Below the pieces are notes generated by a model. That model was not told the origin of the DNA, searched no databases, and saw only the letters and a program-made list of their open reading frames with translations. Of a stretch of 41,700 bases of DNA, positions 9,087 to 18,054 are shown piece after piece. Position 1 is the stretch's first letter. Each line of letters starts with the position of its first letter. The position numbers and the translations under genes were made by a program. Source of the DNA: Candidatus Heimdallarchaeota archaeon (GTDB taxonomy: Archaea > Asgardarchaeota > Heimdallarchaeia > Hodarchaeales > Hodarchaeaceae); assembly GCA_020351745.1 (NCBI GenBank), contig CP070665.1:862833-904532 (forward strand), in the 5' to 3' direction.

Positions 9087-9605
9087 TTACAGAACAAGTT
9101 CTTGACCCTTTGTGATCTTGATACGACAGGGAGCAGGAAATTTCGCTTTCCCACGACGGAGTGCATCCTTGGCTAAAATTAAATTCTCTGGGTAAGTTCT
9201 GACAAATAGAATTTGATCTCCTTCAAAAACGCGAGCAGCTACACTTATAATTTTCCCAAAAGCTTTTCGCATACCATCTTGTAATCGATCCGCTCCAGCG
9301 CCAGTCATCATCTTATTCTCACGTATTCTATGATGGGGATAAACACAAACACGGTAATGGTAGTTATCCCGTCCAATTTTCCGTGTTAAAAAACGATTTA
9401 CATGAATACGAGCAGCTTCGAGGGCATTGTGAGAAATTTGGCATCTTTCATCAATGATCAATGATACTTCCAAAGGGAACTCTTTTTCTGGCGATCCAAA
9501 ATCAAAAGCACGGATTTTGGGCTCAGGGCCACCTTTAATGAATTTTTTACGGGTATATGGGGGTCTGTCAACGCGAGAATAACAGTACGCAGGCCTTTTT
9601 CCCAT
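9087..9605 (-). CDS. rpl10e: 50S ribosomal protein L10e (uL16)
   Basis: 172 aa. The N-terminus MGKRPAYCYSRVDRPPYTRKKFIKGGPEPKIR is the conserved L10e N-terminus. Confidence 0.95.
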   Translation of the reverse strand: MGKRPAYCYSRVDRPPYTRKKFIKGGPEPKIRAFDFGSPEKEFPLEVSLIIDERCQISHNALEAARIHVNRFLTRKIGRDNYHYRVCVYPHHRIRENKMMTGAGADRLQDGMRKAFGKIISVAARVFEGDQILFVRTYPENLILAKDALRRGKAKFPAPCRIKITKGQELVL

Positions 9606-9835
9606 GTGATTTCAACTCAATTGCCAATTTATGGTCTTTCAACTGAATCCAGTTATGGATTCGATGAAAGAGTCCGAAAGTCTCTGATTCAGGCTCTATC
9701 CTAATCGGCATTTTAAACTTATTTAGTGGTTTTATGTACAAAGCAGGTCAGTGAATTTTTACTATAGGCATTACCTAATAATATATGATAATTCTCGAAG
9801 AATTATTCTGCGTTAGAAAGTTAGAGGTAATTGTA

Positions 9836-10054
9836 GTGGTAGAGATTCCAGTTTCTTCGATTGATCGAATTATTCGAAAAGGAGGGGCCGTTAGGGTGTC
9901 AAAATCTGCGATAATAGCGTTGCAAAAGGAATTGGAGGAATACGGCGTTAAAGTTGCTAGATTAGCTTGGGAGATCGCATCTTACGCTGGTAAAAAAACA
10001 GTGGAAGATAAAGATATCGTGTTAGCCTTACGGAAGCAAAAATTAACAAAATAA
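9836..10054 (+). CDS. archaeal histone (HMf family)
   Basis: Histone fold: IPVSSIDRIIRKGGAVRVSKSAIIALQKELEEYGVKVARLAWEIASYAGKKTVEDKDIVLALRK. The track ORF starts at ATG 9785, which adds a hydrophobic 17-aa extension. The in-frame GTG at 9836 sits 7 nt after the SD-like GAGGT (9824-9828) and gives a canonical ~72-aa histone. Confidence 0.9.
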   Translation: MVEIPVSSIDRIIRKGGAVRVSKSAIIALQKELEEYGVKVARLAWEIASYAGKKTVEDKDIVLALRKQKLTK

Positions 10055-10488
10055 GAATTTGGATCAATAAATCTATCCACCCATAATTTAAAATTCTCCG
10101 AATTCTTGTGTTGTTATAGCAAGCAAAATGAATAAACTATTGTCCTGCAGGTTTATTCACAAACATATCCACATTAAAGAGACTCCACATGTTTAGAATG
10201 AATCAATCTGAATATCAAAATATATGTATGAAAGACATCACTTTCAAATGATATTAATTCAAAGAGTAATGGCAAATATATCAATTTAGACTATTAACTT
10301 ACTAAAAATCAAATTTAAGACAATTACGCAAGTGAAACAGCATATCATCATTATTACCTCAATTCCTTTACATTAACTATTCTCATCATTTTCATATTAA
10401 TCAAATAAAATCGTTAAACCAAAGAGGTTTCTTTCAATCATAATGAAATATGCAGTTTCACCTAGCAACCTTTGGAGGTGAAACAACC

Positions 10489-11736
10489 GTGGTTAACGAA
10501 GAGGATATCGATACTTCAACCGTTAAGTATCTTATCCATGAGAAATTTAGTATAAACGGTGTAGCTGAACGATCAGATATTATTGGAGCTTTGTTCGGTC
10601 AAACTGAGGGTTTAATTGGTGAGGGACTAGATTTACGAGAATTACAAAAAACATCAAGAATAGGAAGAATTGCTGTTAAATTACAGTACCAAAAAAAGCA
10701 ACGAAAGACGACAGGAACCATTATTGTACCTTCTTCTTTGGACAGGGTCGAAACAGCTTTGCTTGCTGCTGCTTTAGAAACTGTAGATCGTGTTGGACCC
10801 TGTGTTGGAAAAATTGGTCTACTTAAAATTGAGGATGTTCGTGAAAGTAAACGTAGACAGATTATTACTCGAGCATCACAGATTCTGAAAACATGGGATC
10901 ACGAGATAGCCCCTGATTCAATTTCCGTTTTAGAGGAAGTCCTCAAAGAAGCTCGTATCAGTATTATCCAAAAATACGGAGAAGAGGATTTACCTTCTGG
11001 GCCAGGTATTCAAGATAGTGATAACTTAATTATTGTTGAAGGACGGGCTGATGTGGTCAATCTCTTAAAACATGGTTTCCGGAATGTGATTGCAGTCCAA
11101 GGAACTAATGTTCCATCAGACGTAATAGAACTCACTCGAAAAAAAGTAACAACTGCGTTTTTAGATGGAGATCATGGTGGGGATCTTATTCTTCGAGAAC
11201 TCATTCACCTTACTGATTTAGACTACGTTGCTAAAGCCCCACCAAATCGTGAAGTAGAGGAGTTATCTAGTAAGGAACTTCTAAAAGCACTACGAACTAA
11301 AATTCCAATTGAGCAAATAATGAAAGAAATGAACATTATTCCTGAAGATATAGAATCTTCTGAGGAAACTCACAACAAATCTCAGTCAGAAGTGGAACCC
11401 AAAGAAATTCCCATTATCGTTCAATCACAACAAAGTGCTTCGATTGCGGCGAAAATACCACGTACCTTAGCACGATTTGTCGAAAATCTCTCCGAACAAG
11501 AAGCGACTCTGCTTGGAGCAAAAACAAAGATCTTAAAAGAACATATACCAATCAGTGAACTCCGAGATGTCATTCTCGAAACAAAAAATGTAGAAACGGT
11601 AATTTTTGATGGAATTATTACTCAAAGACTTCTTGATATTGCATTAGAACGTGGAATAAAGAATATAGTCGGTGCTAAGCAACACGACGTTACAAAAAAA
11701 CCCTTAGATATCGATATCTACACATTCTCCGAATAA
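10489..11736 (+). CDS. dnaG: archaeal DnaG primase / exosome-associated Toprim protein
   Basis: Conserved N-terminus KYLIHEKFSINGVAERSDIIGALFGQTEGL and Toprim motifs IIVEGRADVVNL and FLDGDHGGDLI. The track start is ATG 10450. The in-frame GTG at 10489 has a near-perfect SD, GGAGGTGA (10474-10481), 7 nt upstream and is the likelier start. Confidence 0.9.
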   Translation: MVNEEDIDTSTVKYLIHEKFSINGVAERSDIIGALFGQTEGLIGEGLDLRELQKTSRIGRIAVKLQYQKKQRKTTGTIIVPSSLDRVETALLAAALETVDRVGPCVGKIGLLKIEDVRESKRRQIITRASQILKTWDHEIAPDSISVLEEVLKEARISIIQKYGEEDLPSGPGIQDSDNLIIVEGRADVVNLLKHGFRNVIAVQGTNVPSDVIELTRKKVTTAFLDGDHGGDLILRELIHLTDLDYVAKAPPNREVEELSSKELLKALRTKIPIEQIMKEMNIIPEDIESSEETHNKSQSEVEPKEIPIIVQSQQSASIAAKIPRTLARFVENLSEQEATLLGAKTKILKEHIPISELRDVILETKNVETVIFDGIITQRLLDIALERGIKNIVGAKQHDVTKKPLDIDIYTFSE

Positions 11737-11757
11737 TCTCCCTCTTTCTTTTATTTG

Positions 11758-11788
11758 TGCAGGATTAGCAGGACACCTGCATTTTTTT
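11758..11788 (+). terminator. hairpin plus T7 tract after dnaG
   Basis: TGCAGG (11758-11763) pairs with CCTGCA (11776-11781) and is followed directly by TTTTTTT (11782-11788). A T-rich stretch also lies immediately after the stop codon. Confidence 0.45.
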
Positions 11789-11812
11789 CAATAGATTAAT
11801 AGGTTTTTGTGT

Positions 11813-12020
11813 ATCCTATAAGCCTTAATAGGGGATCTGTAGCCCTTAACACTAACTCTTGACCACATAGTTAGCCATTAGGCTTGATTCCGTCAAGTTC
11901 TCTTGTGAAGGGCTTTAACGATCCAAATCATCCTGTTGTTTAGGAGGGTTGACCCTAACGCTCATTGATGGGTGACACACCCAGTCTCATGCGAGAGCCC
12001 GTCTCCTAATCTTATTGGAT
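11813..12020 (+). ncRNA. candidate structured ncRNA of unknown class
   Basis: A ~200-nt stretch inside a 438-nt ORF-free spacer, visibly more G+C-rich than the flanking intergenic DNA. Hand folding gives a long-range closing helix (11813-11835 with 12002-12020, ~18 pairs with one bulge and one mismatch). An inner helix pairs 11841-11850 with 11905-11914. Several hairpins follow: CTAACT/AGTTAG, CTTGA/TCAAG, GGG-TTGA-CCC and GGGTG-ACA-CACCC. G-T wobbles in the closing helix favour the + sense. Confidence 0.3.
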
Positions 12021-12174
12021 TGAAGAGCTCTGGATTTCTCTACTTATTTGCACCTTGATTCATCAAAATCCTCAGGTCCTCGAAAAGCAGAATCTGTTCC
12101 TTCATCGCATTTAAACATTCGTGGAATAATTAAAAAAACCTTTCCATAATGAGTATGGTTTAGGAGATTAAGTT

Positions 12175-12645
12175 TTGAAACAATTTTCACACATCGGCTT
12201 AGGTGGGACATTTGATCGCTTACATGAGGGACACAAATTATTGCTTGATATTGCTGCCCATTACGGCCAATTTGTACATATTGGATTGATCAGCTCTAGT
12301 TATTTGAAAGAAATACAAAAGAAATACTCAAAAATTATTCAAAGCTACCAAATTCGTAAAAAAAAGGTTGAAAATCATCTCTTAACTCGGAGTACTAATA
12401 ATCTTATCTCAATTATAGACACCCCTAAAATGGACCAGAAATTAGCCAGTGAAGGGGACTTATGTGCTTTAGTTGTATCCCAAGAAACATGTTCTGGAGC
12501 AAACGCTATCAATCATCTACGTACCACACATGGTAGGTCAAAACTCACCATAATTGTCATTCCTAGTGTCATTCGTGCTGATGGCACATTAGAAAGTAGT
12601 ACAAGATTAAGAATAGAAGAAGAAAGTACAGGCTCAACTACATAA
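12175..12645 (+). CDS. coaD: phosphopantetheine adenylyltransferase, archaeal type (cytidylyltransferase family)
   Basis: 156 aa with a TTG start. The nucleotidyltransferase motif GGTFDRLHEGHKLLL (HxGH) and the small size match archaeal PPAT. Confidence 0.75.
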   Translation: MKQFSHIGLGGTFDRLHEGHKLLLDIAAHYGQFVHIGLISSSYLKEIQKKYSKIIQSYQIRKKKVENHLLTRSTNNLISIIDTPKMDQKLASEGDLCALVVSQETCSGANAINHLRTTHGRSKLTIIVIPSVIRADGTLESSTRLRIEEESTGSTT

Positions 12646-12853
12646 TTATAAGGAAGGATACCTCCGAACTCAAGATCTTCATCATTTAAGACCCAAATAG
12701 ATGTATTTTATGCCTTATCGGGAGGGCTAGAGCCGTCATTGGATCCTTCCAATATGATGAAATTGCCTTATTCTATTTGAGGTTTTCGCTCTTAGTATTG
12801 TTAAACAGAACAAGACTCATTCGAGGAAAAAAATGGTTCTTAGGTTTTTTGTT

Positions 12854-13666
12854 TTAATCTAGATGATAGATTTCTGGCCGACGATCCAAAAGAAAGTGCT
12901 TACGAGCGGGACAATTTTTGAGTTCTTCAAAGTTTACATTATAATAGAGGATATTATCTGTTCCTTTCGGTGCGCGAGCAACTACATTACCTTCTGGATT
13001 TGCAATAAAAGATTCACCAGCAAAGGTCACACGGTCTTCCTTACCTACTCGATTGACTAACGCAGTAAAATAACCATTCTGAAAGGCAGCTATTTGCAAT
13101 TCTGCTTCAAAAATACCAGGAGGCCATTCATCAACAGCACCAGCTTGAGGAACAACTACTAATTCTGCTCCTTTTAGGGCCAGCATTCTCATATATTCAG
13201 GAAAGTGCCGATCATAACAGATGGCAATCCCAACGCAACCAATTGCTGTTTTAAAGACTTCTATCCCTAAATTACCAGGAGTATAATACCCTTTTTCATG
13301 AAAGAGGGGAGCCTCTAAGATATGAATCATTCTAGTCTTTCCTAGTAGTTTTCCATTGCTATCGATAACTGGAGAGCAATCATAAGTCTTTTCATTGTCT
13401 CGTTCAAATAGATTAAGAATAACTACTATCCCAAATTCTTCCGCTTTATCCATAAATCTTTCTGTAGTAGGCCCTGGGACAGGCTCAGCTAGATCTCGAA
13501 AATTATTGGAGGCTGGTTCTTGAGGCCAAAAGTATTCAAAAGCAAGTTCAGGAAATGCAGCTAATTCTGCTCCTTGAGAAGCTGCTTCTTCCAAGCACTT
13601 TAATCCCCGTTTAACATTATCATTCTTATTCCGTGTTGCATGTTGTTGAATGAGTGCAATTTTCAA
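12854..13666 (-). CDS. carbon-nitrogen hydrolase (nitrilase superfamily amidase, e.g. N-carbamoylputrescine amidase-like)
   Basis: 270 aa. MKIALIQ start, catalytic Glu context FPELAF, and catalytic Cys context VGIAICYDRHFPE. Confidence 0.85.
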   Translation of the reverse strand: MKIALIQQHATRNKNDNVKRGLKCLEEAASQGAELAAFPELAFEYFWPQEPASNNFRDLAEPVPGPTTERFMDKAEEFGIVVILNLFERDNEKTYDCSPVIDSNGKLLGKTRMIHILEAPLFHEKGYYTPGNLGIEVFKTAIGCVGIAICYDRHFPEYMRMLALKGAELVVVPQAGAVDEWPPGIFEAELQIAAFQNGYFTALVNRVGKEDRVTFAGESFIANPEGNVVARAPKGTDNILYYNVNFEELKNCPARKHFLLDRRPEIYHLD

Positions 13667-14056
13667 ATTTGTTCAAGTCTCCTCAATTTGTAAATATATT
13701 GAGCTAAAAATCTAGGTTTATCACGAGAAGTATAGATGTGATAATTAAAATTATCATAACGAATTATCAGAAGTATGGGATGTTGTTGAAAGAAGAGGAA
13801 TAAGAAGAATCACAATTTAACCCTACTGCGTAGAAAACTCAAGATCAAATGTAGGATTAATCACCGAGTATATTGAAACAAGTGTTAGGTTGAGCTATTC
13901 TTCTCTTTTGAGAGAGAGCAAAAAATCCTTTAGTAGAATACAAACACAAAGAATTCAGCCTTATTCATGAAAATTTCCTTTAAAAATTCTCTATATAGGT
14001 TTAAAGCTTGAAACTAAAAGTTTTGAAATGGTTTGTTCTAATTATTACCAAGTAAG

Positions 14057-15262
14057 ATGGAAGATGAAATGGATCCGATTATTTTCTTATTAATTGTTGG
14101 ATTTAGTTGGATTACCTTGAATGCTATAGCCCGGACTCATTGGTTCGAGGTAAAAAATCCCGAGGTCGGTTTAGGATATGCTATGTATCGTACAACAAAA
14201 CTGAATACCCTCATCGATAGACTTGCGAGAAGAGGTCGGGTTATATGGAAATTTATCTGGGATATTGGAGTCATTTCTGGATTAGGAATTCTCATTGTTG
14301 GATTATCCATCTTTACTATAAATATACCTTTATTCTTTCAACCAACTGCTGATGGAACGACTACTGCAATTGGGGTAACTCCTGTAATTCCAGGGATAAC
14401 TGTTTCGTTTCAAACTCTCCCATATTTCATCGTGGCTATAATGATTGGGGCAATCGCGCATGAATTTGCTCATGGAATAGCTGCACGTGTAGAAGACGTT
14501 GACCTGAAAAGTACAGGCATTTTCATATTCTTGGTGCTCTTTGGAGCCTTTGTTGAACCAGATGACGAAATATTAGCTCAAAAATCACGTCGATCCAAAG
14601 TACGAATCATGGCAGCTGGCGCGTTGGCTAATATGGTTGTTGCAGGAATTGTCATATTGATCTTGATTATTCCAATAGGATTTCCATTGTTGATAACACC
14701 TCTTTATCATTCTGAGCCGAATGGAGCATTAATAATAGAAACTATTCCTGAAGAACCGGCGTCTCTAGCAGACATGAAAGCAGGATATGCAATTATTGGG
14801 ATAAATTCATCTACTGGTTATGCAAAAATACTATCCGCTAGTGATTTTCGAGAATATGTTAATTCATCAGTCTTACCTAATCAAACTCTAATTTTTCATT
14901 TTGCCAGTGGAAGAGATCCTATCACGCTTGAGACAGTTGAACGTGAGGATGATGAGACTAAAGGATATATAGGGATTCGGACGTGGGAATATTTCGAACC
15001 ACGTTATTTTTACCCGTCGCCACTAGTGAATCTTTTCCCCTACTGGACACTTAACACTCTTCTATATATTTTTATGATCAATCTTATGTTAGCAATAATG
15101 AATCTGCTACCAATCCCTTTTTTGGATGGAGATAAACTCTTAACTGCATTTTTAGGTCCAAAGTTTGATAAATACCTTCCATGGATTAGATATTTTACAT
15201 TAGGAGTACTGGGTATCAATTTACTCCTTACTCTTATTGTCATGGGTTGGCCACAGCTCTAG
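14057..15262 (+). CDS. site-2 protease family (M50) intramembrane metalloprotease with PDZ-like insert
   Basis: 401 aa, polytopic. HExxH motif HEFAHG inside a TM segment, second metal-ligand motif NLLPIPFLDGDKL, and a soluble insert between them (EEPASLADMKAGYAIIGIN) of PDZ type. Confidence 0.85.
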   Translation: MEDEMDPIIFLLIVGFSWITLNAIARTHWFEVKNPEVGLGYAMYRTTKLNTLIDRLARRGRVIWKFIWDIGVISGLGILIVGLSIFTINIPLFFQPTADGTTTAIGVTPVIPGITVSFQTLPYFIVAIMIGAIAHEFAHGIAARVEDVDLKSTGIFIFLVLFGAFVEPDDEILAQKSRRSKVRIMAAGALANMVVAGIVILILIIPIGFPLLITPLYHSEPNGALIIETIPEEPASLADMKAGYAIIGINSSTGYAKILSASDFREYVNSSVLPNQTLIFHFASGRDPITLETVEREDDETKGYIGIRTWEYFEPRYFYPSPLVNLFPYWTLNTLLYIFMINLMLAIMNLLPIPFLDGDKLLTAFLGPKFDKYLPWIRYFTLGVLGINLLLTLIVMGWPQL

Positions 15263-15517
15263 AATTCTGTATTCCATAGATTTAAAAGTGTAGAAAAGTT
15301 AACACATTCTTTCAGAGCGATTATGAATTTTTTGGGGGATTATTTAATATTAGAAATCTAATCCATTAAAAAAATATCCAAAAAGATATCTTATCATGAA
15401 ATGTTGACTGGAAATTTGATTTTTGGTACCGATACACAATGTATAATAAAAGAAGAATTAATTAATCTATTTGAGAATAGTAATTTTTAAGAAAGGAACA
15501 CTTAGGAATGGATTCAA

Positions 15518-16141
15518 ATGGCAACTATTGATATTGTTCAAAACATATTAAACAATCTCGTCTTTTGGAGTTTCCTTATTTTAATTTTAGGTGGTTGTTT
15601 GGCAGCATCGTGGCTATTGGTGCGACTAGCTGGGGTAAGTTCTGATGATATGTCTAACTTTGTTAACAAATTGTCTTTGATAGGATTTCCTGTAGGTGTC
15701 ATCGCTTTAATCACAATTGGTGCTGGATTATTCCTCTGGTCGACGATGGTTGAACCAGAACCAAAATTCATAGATAAATATCCTACTTTTGATTTGATCA
15801 CAATCGTATGTTTATGTATCCTTGGCCTCGTATTGATTCTAAGGCCAATAAAGGATTTCAGATTTGGAGCTTTTATTTCCTTAGCAATTGGATTGCTTGG
15901 GGCAGGACTGTTAGTTTTCCTTGGAGCAGAATCAGTAAAATTATTATCGGTGGTTTTTTTGATCCTCTTTTTCGTCATTTACCTTTCAATAAAGATATTT
16001 GAGGATCTCTATCTTCTGGTTGCTGAAGTTCTATCATCCCCACTGATTTCTGTAATTGTTGGAATCCTCTGCATAATACAAGGTGTACTACAATTGTTAG
16101 GTTTTTCGATTGGGGGAATAATATCACTATTTTTACCGTGA
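15518..16141 (+). CDS. hypothetical polytopic membrane protein
   Basis: 207 aa, almost entirely hydrophobic helices (about 6 TM by eye). The antisense ORFs 15538-15978 and 15808-16002 have low-complexity K/R/P/T composition and look like shadow frames. Confidence 0.55.
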   Translation: MATIDIVQNILNNLVFWSFLILILGGCLAASWLLVRLAGVSSDDMSNFVNKLSLIGFPVGVIALITIGAGLFLWSTMVEPEPKFIDKYPTFDLITIVCLCILGLVLILRPIKDFRFGAFISLAIGLLGAGLLVFLGAESVKLLSVVFLILFFVIYLSIKIFEDLYLLVAEVLSSPLISVIVGILCIIQGVLQLLGFSIGGIISLFLP

Positions 16142-16156
16142 TAAATATATAATTCC

Positions 16157-16663
16157 TCAGCTTAGGATTTCCAGCCTCACAGAATTCTTTGAAATCAGCT
16201 CAGCAATCTGTTTCAGTTGATCCAACGGAAATCGAAGCAAATTAGGGTCACCTCGTAAGGTAATCTTTAATTCTATATCTCCCTCGGGGGGAGCAAAAAT
16301 TTGATCAATTTCGAGAATATCTAGAGGGGCGAAAAAATCTGCAAAAGTTTTTCGAGTATCAGATTTTCTTTCAACAATCTCAATAGGTTTCTTGATTTCA
16401 TCTTCAATAAAATGTTTTAACTCCTCATTTTCCAAGATGTTATTGCCATTTCGTGTTAACAGAACAATGGACCCATTCAAACGGTGTGCACGATCTAAGG
16501 TCACATTTTGAAGTTGTTTTGGAAATCGCTGTTCAGCTTTTGCAAAAGCTTTGGAAATGTCGACATCAAGTTGAGTGAATTTCCCCTTTCTAAGTTTTTG
16601 TTTACATTTTTTGCATAAAACTCCGGTTTTTGCGCAAAAGTTACAAATAGGGGTTATAACCAA
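16157..16663 (-). CDS. Zn-ribbon protein, possibly a NusA/KH-like RNA-binding protein
   Basis: 168 aa with a TTG start. It has an N-terminal CxxC-x7-CxxC ribbon (CNFCAKTGVLCKKC). The rest is alpha/beta and of KH-like size. The assignment rests on architecture recall only. Confidence 0.4.
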   Translation of the reverse strand: MVITPICNFCAKTGVLCKKCKQKLRKGKFTQLDVDISKAFAKAEQRFPKQLQNVTLDRAHRLNGSIVLLTRNGNNILENEELKHFIEDEIKKPIEIVERKSDTRKTFADFFAPLDILEIDQIFAPPEGDIELKITLRGDPNLLRFPLDQLKQIAELISKNSVRLEILS

Positions 16664-16777
16664 GAATTCAGCCTCTTTATTTCTTTCTTTTTTTTATTAA
16701 CCATATAACAAATTAAACTCATATAAATATTCTCTCTGGTTTTTCTCACTGATTAGATAGATTTCAAATAAGGAAGC

Positions 16778-17704
16778 TCATAAGAAGTTCTTCAATACTG
16801 CTGCTACTGTATGCAAACGATTCTCAGCTTCATCGAAAACAACTGAGTGCTCACCATAAATTATTTCATCAGTAACTTCCTCCTTATGACGAGGAAGACA
16901 ATGCATAAAAATAAAATCTTTGTCTGCGTGCTGAACCAACTGTGAATTAACTTGAAAAGCCTTAAATTTCCTTAATTTCTCTTGCTTCTCTGATTCCTGT
17001 CCCATTGAAATGAAAGTATCCGTTACGACAACATTTGCACCTTTAGCAGCCATAATAGGATCATGAGTCATTTTTACTTGTTCAGATGATAAGGCATTCT
17101 TAATACAGTATTCTAAGATAGTAGGATCTGGTTCATATTTTTCAGGTGTTGCAATGCAAATGTTCATCCCCATCTTTATGGAAGCAACCATTAAGGAATG
17201 GCAAACGTTATTTCCATCTCCAATCCACGCAATATTCACTCCTTTAAGTTTCCCTAAATGCTCTTCAATTGTCATAATGTCTGCTAGTCCTTGAAGTGGA
17301 TGAAAAAGATCTGAAAGGGCATTAATTACTGGGATTCCAGAGTGTTTTGCAAGAATTTTTACATCAGTGTGATCAAAAACACGAGCAAGAATCCCGGAAA
17401 CCATACGGCCCAAAACCTTTGCTGTGTCATGTAAAGATTCGTTGACGCCTAATTGAATGTCATCTTTTCCTAAAAATAAAGCATGTCCCCCTAATTCAAC
17501 CATTGCTGTTTCTGTTGAGACACGAGTCCGTGTAGATCGTTTTTGAAAAATCATACCCAGAGTTTTTCCTCTTAATGGTTGATTTTGAATGAATCGTGAC
17601 CTATTTGTTTTAAATTCCTTTGCCTCATCAATTAAAAAACGAATTTCCTCTTGAGAGAGATCCTTAAGCGTTAATAACGAGTGTCCTTTCATATTTATTG
17701 TCAT
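16778..17704 (-). CDS. argF: ornithine carbamoyltransferase
   Basis: 308 aa. Carbamoyl-phosphate motif STRTR, HPLQ, the ornithine-side motif GDGNNV, and HCLP. Confidence 0.9.
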   Translation of the reverse strand: MTINMKGHSLLTLKDLSQEEIRFLIDEAKEFKTNRSRFIQNQPLRGKTLGMIFQKRSTRTRVSTETAMVELGGHALFLGKDDIQLGVNESLHDTAKVLGRMVSGILARVFDHTDVKILAKHSGIPVINALSDLFHPLQGLADIMTIEEHLGKLKGVNIAWIGDGNNVCHSLMVASIKMGMNICIATPEKYEPDPTILEYCIKNALSSEQVKMTHDPIMAAKGANVVVTDTFISMGQESEKQEKLRKFKAFQVNSQLVQHADKDFIFMHCLPRHKEEVTDEIIYGEHSVVFDEAENRLHTVAAVLKNFL

Positions 17705-17735
17705 TACTCATCACGTCTAACTAATTAATGTTTGA

Positions 17736-18026
17736 TCAGAACATTCCTCCGTGAATGACTGGGATAAAGGCAATTGTGGCTTCTGCTTTTACCTTTGTCC
17801 TCATACCATCTAGTACAGAAATTTCTTGTTCATTAATGAAAATTAACAGAGATCGTTTTTTCTCTAGAGTCTCTGTGAAGAAACTCTTCAGCTCTTTGAA
17901 TTGGGGATTCTGTGTAAGCTCTGAAACAATGTCTCGTACAGATTTCTCCGAAGAAATCTGATAAGGTAAATTCTGCTGTTTTAAATCATATTGCAATGAT
18001 CCTAGAAACTTTAAGTGTATTTTCAT
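17736..18026 (-). CDS. MoaD/ThiS-family ubiquitin-like beta-grasp protein (SAMP-like) with GG-MF C-terminus
   Basis: 96 aa. MKIHLKFLGSLQ... at the start and ...EATIAFIPVIHGGMF at the end follow the MoaD/ThiS pattern. Here the diglycine is followed by two extra residues. Confidence 0.7.
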   Translation of the reverse strand: MKIHLKFLGSLQYDLKQQNLPYQISSEKSVRDIVSELTQNPQFKELKSFFTETLEKKRSLLIFINEQEISVLDGMRTKVKAEATIAFIPVIHGGMF

Positions 18027-18054
18027 CGTAACATCAGTTTATTAACTAGGAGGA

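Noticed and set aside
9785-9835. A 17-aa N-terminal extension of the histone, considered as a eukaryote-like histone tail.
   Set aside because: The extension (MIILEELFCVRKLEVIV) is hydrophobic rather than Lys/Arg-rich. A GTG with a good SD lies exactly where canonical archaeal histones begin.
10055-10449. A 395-nt very AT-rich spacer between the histone gene and dnaG, considered as a replication origin.
   Set aside because: It contains only three loose TCCAC-containing words (around 10072, 10172 and 10187). None has the GGAAA half of an ORB/mini-ORB element. There are no clear inverted repeats flanking an unwinding element and no orc1/cdc6 gene nearby. It is more simply a promoter/terminator spacer.
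11813-12020. Identity of the candidate ncRNA as SRP (7S) RNA, RNase P RNA or 5S rRNA.
   Set aside because: I could not find the SRP helix-8 GNAR-loop/AGCA motif, the RNase P GGAAAGUCC-type CR-I or ACAGAA-type motifs, or 5S loop motifs. It is kept only as an unclassified candidate.
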